Assembly: GCA_963847565.1 (NCBI GenBank)
Contig: CAWKAE010000013.1
Span: 15,757-79,756 of the forward strand
Source of the DNA: an uncultured Halobacteria archaeon
GTDB lineage: Bacteria; Pseudomonadota; Gammaproteobacteria; UBA9214
Direction: 5' to 3'
DNA: 64,000 nt
The notes beneath the pieces are model-generated. The model was given only the letters and a program-made list of their open reading frames with translations. It had not been told where the DNA came from and made no database searches. Position 1 is the stretch's first letter; every line of letters begins with the position of its first letter. The translations under genes were made by a program, and so were the position numbers. Positions 1 to 9,437 of the stretch are shown here, one piece after another.

Positions 1-6
1 GTCAAG

Positions 7-642
7 ATGATACTGAAGAACAAGCAGGGACAGGAAAGCACCCGCGAAATCCGCTCGAAGACCCTTGAGGTGGCGGACGATGGCGACAAGAGCCTCACGA
101 TCTTTGACAACCCGCGTGACGTATCAGGCACTGCCCTGCTCAGCTTCACCCATCGTGAAGGTCCTGATGACCAATGGCTTTACCTGCCGGCGCTGAAACG
201 CGTCAAGCGCATCTCGTCAGACAACAAGTCGGGCCCGTTCATGGGCAGCGAGTTTGCCTACGAGGACATCACCTCGCAGGAAGTTGACAAGTACACCTAT
301 AAATTCATAAAGGACGATACGCTGGACGGCATGGATGTGTTCGTGTTTGAACGTTACCCGAAAGATGAAAAGTCCGGCTACACCCGGCAGATCATCTGGC
401 TCGACAAGGAGCACTACAAGGAACGGAAAATCGAGTACTACGATCGCAAGGACTCACTGCTTAAGACACTGGTATTCAATGATTACAAGCAATTCAAGGA
501 CAAGTACTGGCGTGCCCTTAACATGTTCATGGAAAACCACCAGACCGGCAAAAGCACTCGCCTGCTGCAATCCGACTATGTATTCAATGTCGACCTGACC
601 GACCGGGACTTCGACAAAAACTCACTGAAACGTGCCCGCTAG
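7..642 (+). CDS. Outer-membrane lipoprotein-sorting (LolA-like) protein, 5' end outside window
   Basis: Motifs DDQWLYLPALKRVKRISS, GPFMGSEFAYED and IEYYDRK typical of LolA-like proteins encoded with MMPL/RND transporters. Confidence 0.8.
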   Translation: MILKNKQGQESTREIRSKTLEVADDGDKSLTIFDNPRDVSGTALLSFTHREGPDDQWLYLPALKRVKRISSDNKSGPFMGSEFAYEDITSQEVDKYTYKFIKDDTLDGMDVFVFERYPKDEKSGYTRQIIWLDKEHYKERKIEYYDRKDSLLKTLVFNDYKQFKDKYWRALNMFMENHQTGKSTRLLQSDYVFNVDLTDRDFDKNSLKRAR

Positions 643-657
643 ACAGAAACGTCCATC

Positions 658-1881
658 ATGAAACGCTTCCTTTGCGCCCTTGCCTGCCTGCTACCTGCCA
701 TCTGTGCACATGCCGGGTGGCGCGGTTACGTCGCAGCCGAACTGCTTGGCTTCATTGAAGATCCGCAGGACAGCCGCCAGCACAATAGCTACGTTTCGCT
801 GGCCTTCGAGCCGGAGTACTTTCACGAATGGAACCAGCGCGATGACCTGTTTACGTTCAAGCCGTATCTCTTGCTGGACGCACATGACAACAACCGGACA
901 CATGCCGATATTCGCGAGCTGTCGTGGATTCACGTGGCACGTGACTGGGAAACGAACATCGGCATCAGCAAGGTTTACTGGGGTGTCACCGAAGCCGTTC
1001 ACCTGGTGGATGTCATCAATCAGACCGACCTGGTGATCAATGAAGACGGCGAGGACAAGCTCGGCCAACCCATGGCCAAGCTGACGCTGATAAGGGACTA
1101 CGGTAATTTTGACCTGTTCGTGCTGCCTGGTTTTCGCGAACGCACCTTCCCGGATAGCGAAGGACGACCGCGCTTCGGCATCCCGATCAGTGACGACGCC
1201 CTGTACGAATCCGGTGCACAGGAGCTGCATACAGATTTCGCCATACGCTGGTCCCACACCATCGGTGAATTCGATATCGGCATCGCACATTTTTCCGGCA
1301 CCGGTCGCGACCCGCGCTTCGTGGCCCGTCCCGCCGCCATTTCCGGCATGACTATCAGTGAAATCACGCCACTGTATGAAATCGTAGACCAGACCAGTCT
1401 CGACCTGCAGGCCACCTTCGGCGGCTGGCTATGGAAACTGGAAGCCATCACACGCAGCGGCCAGGGGAAACGCATACGTTCCATAGCCGGCGGCTACGAG
1501 TACACATTCGTTGGTGTCAACGAATCCCCGGTCGACATCGGCATCATTACCGAGTATCTCTATGACAGCCGCGGCGACAGCATCAACCCGGCCGTGATAT
1601 TCGCCAGCCAGCCATTCTTTACCTCACCGTTCCAGAACGACCTGGTGCTGGGTGCGCGTGTGACACTTAATGATGCCGCCAGCTCGGAACTGCTGGCCAG
1701 TGTTATCGTCGACATGGAAGGCGGCGGTCAAAGCTTTAACGTCGAAGCCAGCCGTCGCTTCGGCGACAGCTGGAAGCTGTCACTGGAAGGACGTGGGGTA
1801 ATGAATATTCCAGCGGGCAACGTACTGTCCTCCTTCGAGGATGAAAACCGTGTCCGCGTGGAACTGGCACGCTACTTCTAG
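658..1881 (+). CDS. Predicted outer-membrane beta-barrel protein, partner of the LolA-like protein
   Basis: Signal peptide, VYWG...LVDVINQTD motif, alternating beta-strands, C-terminal Phe (ARYF). Confidence 0.7.
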   Translation: MKRFLCALACLLPAICAHAGWRGYVAAELLGFIEDPQDSRQHNSYVSLAFEPEYFHEWNQRDDLFTFKPYLLLDAHDNNRTHADIRELSWIHVARDWETNIGISKVYWGVTEAVHLVDVINQTDLVINEDGEDKLGQPMAKLTLIRDYGNFDLFVLPGFRERTFPDSEGRPRFGIPISDDALYESGAQELHTDFAIRWSHTIGEFDIGIAHFSGTGRDPRFVARPAAISGMTISEITPLYEIVDQTSLDLQATFGGWLWKLEAITRSGQGKRIRSIAGGYEYTFVGVNESPVDIGIITEYLYDSRGDSINPAVIFASQPFFTSPFQNDLVLGARVTLNDAASSELLASVIVDMEGGGQSFNVEASRRFGDSWKLSLEGRGVMNIPAGNVLSSFEDENRVRVELARYF

Positions 1882-1937
1882 CATTTACCCCGGTGCCGGC
1901 GTCACGGCCGCGATGCATAGTTATCGGGGTGGCCTTT

Positions 1938-2771
1938 TCAAACCTGCTCTGGAAAATCCGCTGTGTGATAACAGCAGTTGACCACGTCGAACGAATCATG
2001 GCGCAGGAAACTGCGAACTAATTTGCTGAACGCGACGCCTGCAGGCCATCCTGTCACCAGACTGGTAATACTCTCCACCGGGCTGACCTCGTCCAGTGCA
2101 CGCAGAATCAGCTGGGAACGGTTTTTAACTTCGAATTTACGGAACAAGGTCGTCAGGTGCGCCTTGACGCCCTGGTGCGACAGAAACACACGCTCGGCGA
2201 TTTCTCTGGTCGACAGGCCCGTCATGACCAGTGACAACACCTCGGCCTCGCGATTCGTCAGACGTCTGCTCAACGACACCACCCTGGAGTGAATGCCGTC
2301 CACCAGCGAATTGTCGACGATGAAACGCTCCATGATATGCCGCTCGACCCAGAAAGAGCCTTTACGCACCGCATCAAGTGCCGCCAGCATGTGCTCGCCC
2401 TGCATTTTCTCGTTAATGTAACCGTGGGCACCGGCATTGATTACCCTGTAAAGATAATCGTCTGACATTGACTGGCCAAATACGAGTACACGCAGGACTG
2501 GAAAACCCTCGACCATTTCCCTGACGAAGTCTTCAAACGGATCAGGCTTTGATTTTTCCTGTAACAGCAGCAGGTCCGGGCATTCGCCGGCAAAGTAGCG
2601 CGCGCAAGGATCACCCGGCGCCACGCAATCAATCGACAATTCGTCTTCGGATGTCTCGAGGGTACGGATAATGTCGTCGACAAATTTATCCCTGTTAGCG
2701 ATCAACAGGACACGCGTTTGTATTGGCGCATCCACCAACTGTACCCGCCTCATTGCGTGTTGCGCTGACAT
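1938..2771 (-). CDS. LuxR/NarL-family regulator with atypical receiver domain
   Basis: C-terminal HTH LTNREAEVLSLVMTGLSTREIAERVFLS..VKAHLTTLFRKFEVKNRSQL. Start placed at ATG 2771 after GGAGAG. Extreme C-terminus may be frameshifted. Confidence 0.8.
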   Translation of the reverse strand: MSAQHAMRRVQLVDAPIQTRVLLIANRDKFVDDIIRTLETSEDELSIDCVAPGDPCARYFAGECPDLLLLQEKSKPDPFEDFVREMVEGFPVLRVLVFGQSMSDDYLYRVINAGAHGYINEKMQGEHMLAALDAVRKGSFWVERHIMERFIVDNSLVDGIHSRVVSLSRRLTNREAEVLSLVMTGLSTREIAERVFLSHQGVKAHLTTLFRKFEVKNRSQLILRALDEVSPVESITSLVTGWPAGVAFSKLVRSFLRHDSFDVVNCCYHTADFPEQV

Positions 2772-2850
2772 CAGACTCTCCCGAATAAACGTATTTGTTT
2801 TATAAGTATATAATAATATTTTTAATATTGTCATGCAAGCCAGGAACCCG

Positions 2851-2864
2851 CCAATCCTGTGCCT
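2851..2864 (-). promoter_or_regulatory. Possible sigma-54 (-24/-12) promoter for the LuxR-family gene
   Basis: Minus strand AGGCAC-AGGAT-TGGC vs consensus TGGCAC-N5-TTGC, ~80 nt upstream of the start. Confidence 0.3.
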
Positions 2865-3017
2865 GGCCCTGACGACAACACGCACACAACACTTTGTTTA
2901 TTATCAATAGTTAGCCCTGGCAACTGGATCTAACGCACATGCCCTGTATCTGCGCTTGCCTGCCGGCGGACGGGTGATTTAACCGTCATGGCGTACAGCA
3001 TGTCAGCAGGCATAATT

Positions 3018-3780
3018 TCAGAAAGTAAATTCCCTGAATCGCATGGCAAATGCGGACCTGTCCGCAACATGCACTGCAACAGCCACCTTGTGGGAGTCGA
3101 CTACGCGCTCGACCGCCAGATGCCAGCCGGAAACTGCTGCCGAAGCGCCAGTATAGCGGATTTGCCAGCCATCATCCCGGTCGCGCTCAAAGTGGAAATG
3201 TTTACCTGAATTGGCAAGACCAGTGCCGCAGGCCTTGCAGTAGGCCTCGCGTAGCGTCCACAGGTTGATGAACTCATCCTGCAAATCCAGCCCCTCAAGA
3301 TCGCGCAGTAATCGCAATTCCTCATCGGCAAACATGCGTTCGGCGATCCCCATTGCATACCGGCGCACGGACAAGCGCCTCGGCATCCACGCCGCAATCG
3401 AGTGTCTGCGTCACTATGCAGGCCGTCAGGCCACGGGTATGTGTCAAATTGAAGCGTAACGACATCCCCGGGTCCGGGTGTGCAATTTCCGGGCGACCAT
3501 CGGTACTGAGGCTGAATTGCCAGTCCGCCGGCTCGATATCGGTATAGCGTGACAGTACCCGTCGCAACATCGCATGCGAAAGCAGAAAGACATGCCGGTC
3601 AGCATCGAAACGAAAGCGCCGGTAACGGTCAGCTTCATCACTTGACAGCAGTTGCGTGCAACTTTCCAGCACGGATGAGTCCGTGACGCGGTCGGTTTCC
3701 AGGAACCAGACATGGGCTGAATGTGCCAGTTCCGCGACCAGGGTCTGCCGGTCAGTCGGCTGCTTATTCACGGGCTGCAT
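3018..3780 (-). CDS. Sfp-type 4'-phosphopantetheinyl transferase (split by apparent frameshift near 3370)
   Basis: ORF 3322..3837 has GRP, LRFNLTHT and GVDAE; ORF 3018..3386 has FINLWTLREAYCKACGTGL (WxxKEA-like). Confidence 0.85.
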
Positions 3781-4483
3781 GATCAATCGGGCCGATACGG
3801 TCCCAGGTTGGCAAGTAATACGCGTGCATCGGGCCATGGTTACCCGGCACGATCGAGGTTCTTTTCATGTCCGGTATATTGCCAGTATTTGGCAACGCAT
3901 TCACGACTGCGTCAGTTCAGTGCATGCGGCGCGCACAGCGGGATAACAACACGCGACCTGCGCACCTGCACCGGTTCGCGATACATGCCCGCCACGCGCA
4001 GACCGCCTGGACAACATGTCGACTAATGACTGCCACGCTATCGGCCAGTCCCTGACGCACAGGCGTGATCAGCCGCTTGCCAGTTGCATTGATGCAGACA
4101 GCGCATCATCGCGGCAAATCACACAGCGGCAACCCATCAGTCAGGCTTTGGGTCCATGAAAATATTGTAATCATAGTTCCTGCATGATCTCGCTCAGCAC
4201 AAATACCTGACAGTCTGCGCACTGCTGCTGACAGGCTAAATAATTTCGTTATGTTATTGAATTATTTAGTTTAATTACAGATACAAATCCAGAACAAAAC
4301 CCGTCTCATGTCTGGATTGTCAGGTCGTAATGTCATAAAATAGGGCAGTAACCCAACTATTTGAAGTCGCGTCAATCAACCCGTGTTTGACGCATGCATT
4401 CCAGTGAAACGAGACCCGCACCCATGCGCTCGTTGATCGCCGCAAAAAAATAATAACCAGGCAGTCTGAACCAGAGGCCGGTA

Positions 4484-5806
4484 ATGGACAAAAAACCACC
4501 GATAGAGCTGCAGTCAATCATTGATGCACAGGACAACCCGTTTGTACTGATTGACGAGAACTACAACATCGTCAGCGCCAACAAGACCTACTGTGACACC
4601 TACGGCACGACACCGGATGAAATCGTCGGGCAGAAATGCCACCAGGTTTCTCACCACTCCGAAGTCCCCTGCCACCAGAACGGCGAAGATTGTCCTCACC
4701 AGCGGGTGTTCGCTACATGGAAGCCACACCAGGTCCTGCATATCCACTATGACAAGGACAAAAATCCCGACCGCGTTCGCATCAAGGGCTCACCTGTTAA
4801 TAGTGCTGACGGCAAGCGCTACCTGGGCGAATCTGTCTTTCGACTGAACGCGACCGACGATCCCGACTGCATGGAACAGCCAATGATTGGCAAGACACCG
4901 GCTTTCCTGGTCTTTATGGAACAACTGAGCCGCGCAGCGGAATCCAGCGCGTCCATCCTGCTGAATGGCGAGAGCGGCACCGGCAAGAATATGGCCGCCA
5001 GGTATGCCCACAAATCATCGGACCGCGCCAGCGCGGCATTCATACAGATCTCGTGCAGCGCACTGGATAAAAATACGCTTGAGAGCGAACTGTTCGGCCA
5101 TGAGAAAGGGGCCCTGGTGGGCTGCGGGGGACGACGTTTCGGACTGTTTGAATCGGCCAATAATGGCACGTTATTCATCGATGGAATCGACCAGCTGCCG
5201 CTCCCGGTACAGGGTAAACTGGTCCGCGCGATTGAAACCGGCACCTACCACCGCCTGGGCGGACAGAAAGCACTCAAGGCCGATGTGCGTATTGTATCGG
5301 CCACCACCCGCAACCTGCTCGAGATGGTCGAGCAAGGCACCTTCCGCGCCGATCTGTACTACCGCATCGCCGGCATCAAGGTCGATATCCCGCCGTTGCG
5401 CGACCGCAGGCAGGACCTACCCGTGCTCGCCGAAGCCATCCTGAACAGACTAACCGGTAGCATGAAAGCCAGTATTACCGCCAGGGCCATCGACAAACTG
5501 ATGACGCATGATTTTCCGGGCAATCTGCACGAACTGAGAAATATTCTGCAACAGGCGCTGATTATCAGCACCAACGGCGTCATTACGCCGGAGCTGATCA
5601 ATATTGAATCCTCCAGGAAACAATTCCAGCAGGACAAACACGATGGCGCATCCATCAGGGAGATCGAGGCCAGGCACATTGCTGACCTGTTAACCCGTCA
5701 CGGCGGACACCGCCGCAAGGTAGCCGATGAGCTCGGCATCAGCGAGCGCACACTTTATCGCAAACTCGTCAAATACGACCTGAGGAATACCGGCAAGCAC
5801 TCGTAG
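4484..5806 (+). CDS. PAS-domain sigma-54 interaction (NtrC/Fis-family) regulator with degenerate AAA+ motifs
   Basis: N-terminal PAS, Walker A GESGTGK, ESELFGHEKG, FRADLYYR, FPGNLHEL, C-terminal HTH VADELGISERTLYRKL. Confidence 0.9.
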   Translation: MDKKPPIELQSIIDAQDNPFVLIDENYNIVSANKTYCDTYGTTPDEIVGQKCHQVSHHSEVPCHQNGEDCPHQRVFATWKPHQVLHIHYDKDKNPDRVRIKGSPVNSADGKRYLGESVFRLNATDDPDCMEQPMIGKTPAFLVFMEQLSRAAESSASILLNGESGTGKNMAARYAHKSSDRASAAFIQISCSALDKNTLESELFGHEKGALVGCGGRRFGLFESANNGTLFIDGIDQLPLPVQGKLVRAIETGTYHRLGGQKALKADVRIVSATTRNLLEMVEQGTFRADLYYRIAGIKVDIPPLRDRRQDLPVLAEAILNRLTGSMKASITARAIDKLMTHDFPGNLHELRNILQQALIISTNGVITPELINIESSRKQFQQDKHDGASIREIEARHIADLLTRHGGHRRKVADELGISERTLYRKLVKYDLRNTGKHS

Positions 5807-6075
5807 CCAACCGGCACCCGGATGCCATCGCGCTCCAGGAAACTGGCGGAATATACGGATAACCGGGTCATTGCTATCGACGCGCAACTATCTGATAACT
5901 TTTTTCATTGCGTTACCAACTGCATTGCCACTACCTTTATTGCCATGACGGATAAAGCAGCAACGCCTTGAGTCTCATGGTCCGGGAAACGTCACGCTCC
6001 ATTGATCAGTGACAGACAACAACATGACTGTCCGGGTTAAATGGTGTATCGCTGCGAGATCATTCCCACCTGACA

Positions 6076-6092
6076 TGCGTCAAACTGTCGCA
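6076..6092. promoter_or_regulatory. RegA/PrrA-type binding box upstream of regB
   Basis: TGCGTC-AAACT-GTCGCA matches GCGNC-N5-GNCGC. Confidence 0.55.
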
Positions 6093-6132
6093 TACAGTTG
6101 TCGTCCGTCCGCCAGCATTGCATGATGAACCT

Positions 6133-7416
6133 ATGAATATTTCTATCGACAGAAATCCCGAGGAGACGGTCAGGCACAATTACTATCGTCTGTTCATGCT
6201 GCGAAATGCTGAAATTGCAGCTATCGGGTTTGGCATTGCGATCGCGATGTTATTTTTCGGCCTGGCGTTGCCACTGCTGCCCCTGGTGACAATCCTCGCG
6301 CTGATCGTCAGCGTGAATCTATACACCTGGTACCGGCTACACACAGGCAGCAGTTTCGGCAATAACGAGATCTTCGTCCTGATGCTGCTTGATGTGGCCG
6401 GCCTGACGGGAATTTTTTACTACACCGGCGGCGCTTCCAACCCGTTTGTCTGGTTCTACCTGTTGCCACTCATGATTGCCGCCACGATCCTGTCGCGCTG
6501 GCAAACATGGGGCATGGCAGTTACATCAGTCCTCTGTTATTCCGCGCTGTTTTTCATCGACGCGCCTGACGCGGGTGTACACGCCCATCACGCTCAGGGT
6601 AATAACGACGGCTTTGCCATGCATGTGCTCGGCATGTGGCTGGGTTTCGTCATGAGCGCCGGTTTCGTCGCCGTGATTATCGTCGGCATGGCGCGCAGCT
6701 TGCGCGAACGCGACCGCCGACTGGCGGAGGCACGCGAAGCGTCCCTGAAAAACGAACGACTGGTCGCACTTGGCACGCTGGCTGCCGGCACCGCCCATGA
6801 ACTGGGCACGCCCCTGGGCACGATGGCCATACTGGCATCCGAACTGGAACACGAGTGTACGCGCACCGGTGACAATGACCTGAAGCGGAAGATGCGCATC
6901 ATCAATGAGCAAATTGCCCGCTGCAAGGATGCGCTATCAGTACTGTCGGCATCAGCCGGCGCCGATCGCGCCGAGGCCGGGCACCGCATGCAGGTCAGGC
7001 AATATCTTGATGAAGTCATCAACACCTGGAAACAGCAGCGCCCCGAAACGGGCCTGCAAACCGACATCGACAGTCAAGCGCCACATGCCGACATCCTTGC
7101 CGAACGCACACTGACGCAGGCACTGGTCAACATCATGAATAATGCAGCAGATGCATCCCCGGAGCACGTTGCACTGAATGCGACATGGACAACGCAACAA
7201 CTTACTATCAGGATATTCGACCGCGGCCCGGGGCTCAGTGACGAAATAGTCAGCCAGCTCGGCAAAGCACCTGTTACTACCAAGCGCGAAGGACTCGGCG
7301 TCGGCCTGTATCTTGCCCATGCGACCGTCTCACGCATTGGCGGCAACCTGACCATCAGCCAGCGCGACGGGTGGCGGAACCGAGCTGTGTATCAATCTTC
7401 CACTACTTACCAATGA
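6133..7416 (+). CDS. regB: RegB/PrrB redox sensor histidine kinase
   Basis: Multiple TM helices, quinone-binding GGASNPF, H-box AHELGTPL, redox Cys (ARCKDAL). Last residues probably frameshifted. Confidence 0.9.
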   Translation: MNISIDRNPEETVRHNYYRLFMLRNAEIAAIGFGIAIAMLFFGLALPLLPLVTILALIVSVNLYTWYRLHTGSSFGNNEIFVLMLLDVAGLTGIFYYTGGASNPFVWFYLLPLMIAATILSRWQTWGMAVTSVLCYSALFFIDAPDAGVHAHHAQGNNDGFAMHVLGMWLGFVMSAGFVAVIIVGMARSLRERDRRLAEAREASLKNERLVALGTLAAGTAHELGTPLGTMAILASELEHECTRTGDNDLKRKMRIINEQIARCKDALSVLSASAGADRAEAGHRMQVRQYLDEVINTWKQQRPETGLQTDIDSQAPHADILAERTLTQALVNIMNNAADASPEHVALNATWTTQQLTIRIFDRGPGLSDEIVSQLGKAPVTTKREGLGVGLYLAHATVSRIGGNLTISQRDGWRNRAVYQSSTTYQ

Positions 7417-7434
7417 AACCAGGGGCTGACAGGC

Positions 7435-7977
7435 ATGGATAACGAACAGCCGGTATTATTGCTGGTCGACGATGATGAGGTGTATTGCGAAGTCCTGGGC
7501 GATGCGCTCAAAAAGCGCAACTACGATGTCTCGATTGCACATAACCTGAAAGATGCTATTGCCCTTGCTATAGACACCGAACCGGAGTTTGCCGTTGTCG
7601 ATCTGCGTATCGGCAGCGAATCAGGCCTGGAACTGGTCAAGCGCTTATCGGAACTTGATGAAAACACCCGCATCGTCATGCTGACCGGTTATGCCAGTGT
7701 TGCCACAGCCGTGGAGTCAATCAAACTTGGCGCAATACACTACCTGTCCAAGCCGGCTACAGCAGATGAAGTGGTTGCCGCACTCCATCGCGAGGAAGAC
7801 GGTGACCCGGGTGTGCCCCCGGCCGGGCAACCGTTATCGGTGAAGCGCCTGGAATGGGAGCATTTGCAGAAAGTACTGACCGAGCATGACGGCAATATTT
7901 CGGCAGCCGCCCGCGCCCTGAACATGCATCGCAGGACACTGCAGCGCAAGCTCGCCAAACATCCGGTAAAGGAATAA
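7435..7977 (+). CDS. regA: RegA/PrrA response regulator
   Basis: Receiver domain plus LEWEHLQKVL..HDGNISAAARALNMHRRTLQRKLAK. Confidence 0.95.
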   Translation: MDNEQPVLLLVDDDEVYCEVLGDALKKRNYDVSIAHNLKDAIALAIDTEPEFAVVDLRIGSESGLELVKRLSELDENTRIVMLTGYASVATAVESIKLGAIHYLSKPATADEVVAALHREEDGDPGVPPAGQPLSVKRLEWEHLQKVLTEHDGNISAAARALNMHRRTLQRKLAKHPVKE

Positions 7978-8018
7978 AAAAACGGCTGCACTCTTTCGGG
8001 GACCGAGAGTAGCAGCCG
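7976..8018 (-). terminator. Intrinsic terminator (minus strand)
   Basis: Hairpin CGGCTGC(T)ACTCT...AGAGTGCAGCCG followed by U7 on the minus strand. Confidence 0.75.
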
Positions 8019-8059
8019 CATAAAGTGCAAGAAAAAGTGTGGGAGATATGTTCTTGCAA
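7976..8059 (-). ncRNA. Candidate ~83-nt RegA-dependent small RNA
   Basis: TTCCGG-N17-TAGATT promoter abutting two RegA boxes, 8-bp stem with CUCCC loop, then terminator. Confidence 0.5.
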
Positions 8060-8093
8060 GCGATAATCTAGCAGAGATCAGAAATCCCCGGAA

Positions 8094-8125
8094 TGTGGCA
8101 CAGTGTCGCGCGACATTCTGTCGCA
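8094..8125. promoter_or_regulatory. Two tandem RegA-type boxes
   Basis: GTGGC-ACAGT-GTCGC and perfect GCGAC-ATTCT-GTCGC. Confidence 0.6.
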
Positions 8126-8144
8126 GCGGCCGCCACCACGTATT

Positions 8145-8850
8145 TCAATGTTCCGCCAGCACCGATTTCACGAACGGTATTGTCAACCGTCGCTTTTCTA
8201 TCATTGATGCTTCATCCAGCCGGTCGAACAATTCAAACACAGACGACAAATCGCGTGAGATACGATTCAGAAGGTAACGGGCCGTGTCATCAGGTAATTC
8301 CAGGCCCCGCCCCGATGCGCGCATCTCCAGGGCAGCTTTCAGTTCAGCATCATCCAGCGATTTAAGCCGGTAGGTCAAACCCCAGGCCAGGCGCGAAGCG
8401 AGGTCCGGAATCGAAAACCCGCACTCTGCAGGTGGACGGGAACCGGCAAATACCAGGGTATTTCCTGCAGCACGCGCCTGGTTGAAAAGATTAAACAGGG
8501 CTGTTTCCCAGCCAACATGGCCTGCCACCGCATCGACATCATCGATACATACCAGCGACATGGTTTCCAGTCCCTCGAGTATTTCCGGTGCCAGCGCCTG
8601 CATTTCTGCCAGCGGCATGTAGGCGGTTGTCAGGCCGTGGTTGCCGGCCGCATAGCAAGCGGCCTGTAACAGGTGGGACTTTCCCGTCCCGGTTTGAGCC
8701 GGCGATGAAAACCAGTGGCTCGCCACCACCAGCGGCTGCTGTCGTCAGTGTCGCAACTGCCTCACGGTTCGGTCCGGGATAATAACTTTCGAACCGGGCG
8801 CTATTACGCAGCGACAGGCCCAGCGGCAGTTGCGGATGTTCAATCGACAT
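8145..8850 (-). CDS. hda: DnaA regulatory inactivator Hda (apparent frameshift near 8695)
   Basis: Clamp-binding QLPL at the N-terminus, GTGKSHLLQA, LVCIDD, PDLASRLAWG, RRLTIPFVK; syntenic with purM. Confidence 0.92.
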
Positions 8851-8875
8851 ACTTATTCGCTACGTCAGGAAGTCT

Positions 8876-9427
8876 TCAGGACGACTGCCTGCCAAGGGCA
8901 CGCCTGCCCCAGGTCCAAACATAACCGAGGCCACTCCACACCGTGGTCACAAGAACAGCGTACAACAGGACATCTATCCACGTAGATGGCAACGCCTGGA
9001 TACCGCGTGAAAACATGACGGCAAATACCAGGAGAATTTGCGTAAAAGTATTTAACTTGCTCACCATGCTGGGCTCCATGGTGATTTTTTCAACTTTATA
9101 GTGATAAACAAGGGCACCGGTCACGATCATGATATCCCGCAGGATGATCAGGGCCACCAGCCACAGGGGGATCAGCCCCAGCCAGCCGAGCGTAATAAAG
9201 GCGCACACCAGCAACAGCTTGTCCGCCAGCGGGTCCATAATTGCGCCAAGCCGGCTGGACCAGTTGTTGCGCTTTGCCAGGTAACCATCGATGGCATCGG
9301 ACAGACCGGCGATACCGAACAGCAGCAGGGCAAGACCGAAGCGGTCATCCAGCATGGCCCAGACAACCGGTGTTACCAGCAGAAACCGGAAGACCGTGAT
9401 GAGATTGGGTATGTCCCGTGCCTGCAT
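8876..9427 (-). CDS. CDP-alcohol phosphatidyltransferase
   Basis: IPNLITVFR and SDAIDGYLAK...GAIMDPLADK motif. Confidence 0.9.
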   Translation of the reverse strand: MQARDIPNLITVFRFLLVTPVVWAMLDDRFGLALLLFGIAGLSDAIDGYLAKRNNWSSRLGAIMDPLADKLLLVCAFITLGWLGLIPLWLVALIILRDIMIVTGALVYHYKVEKITMEPSMVSKLNTFTQILLVFAVMFSRGIQALPSTWIDVLLYAVLVTTVWSGLGYVWTWGRRALGRQSS

Positions 9428-9437
9428 GCCTGTCCTG

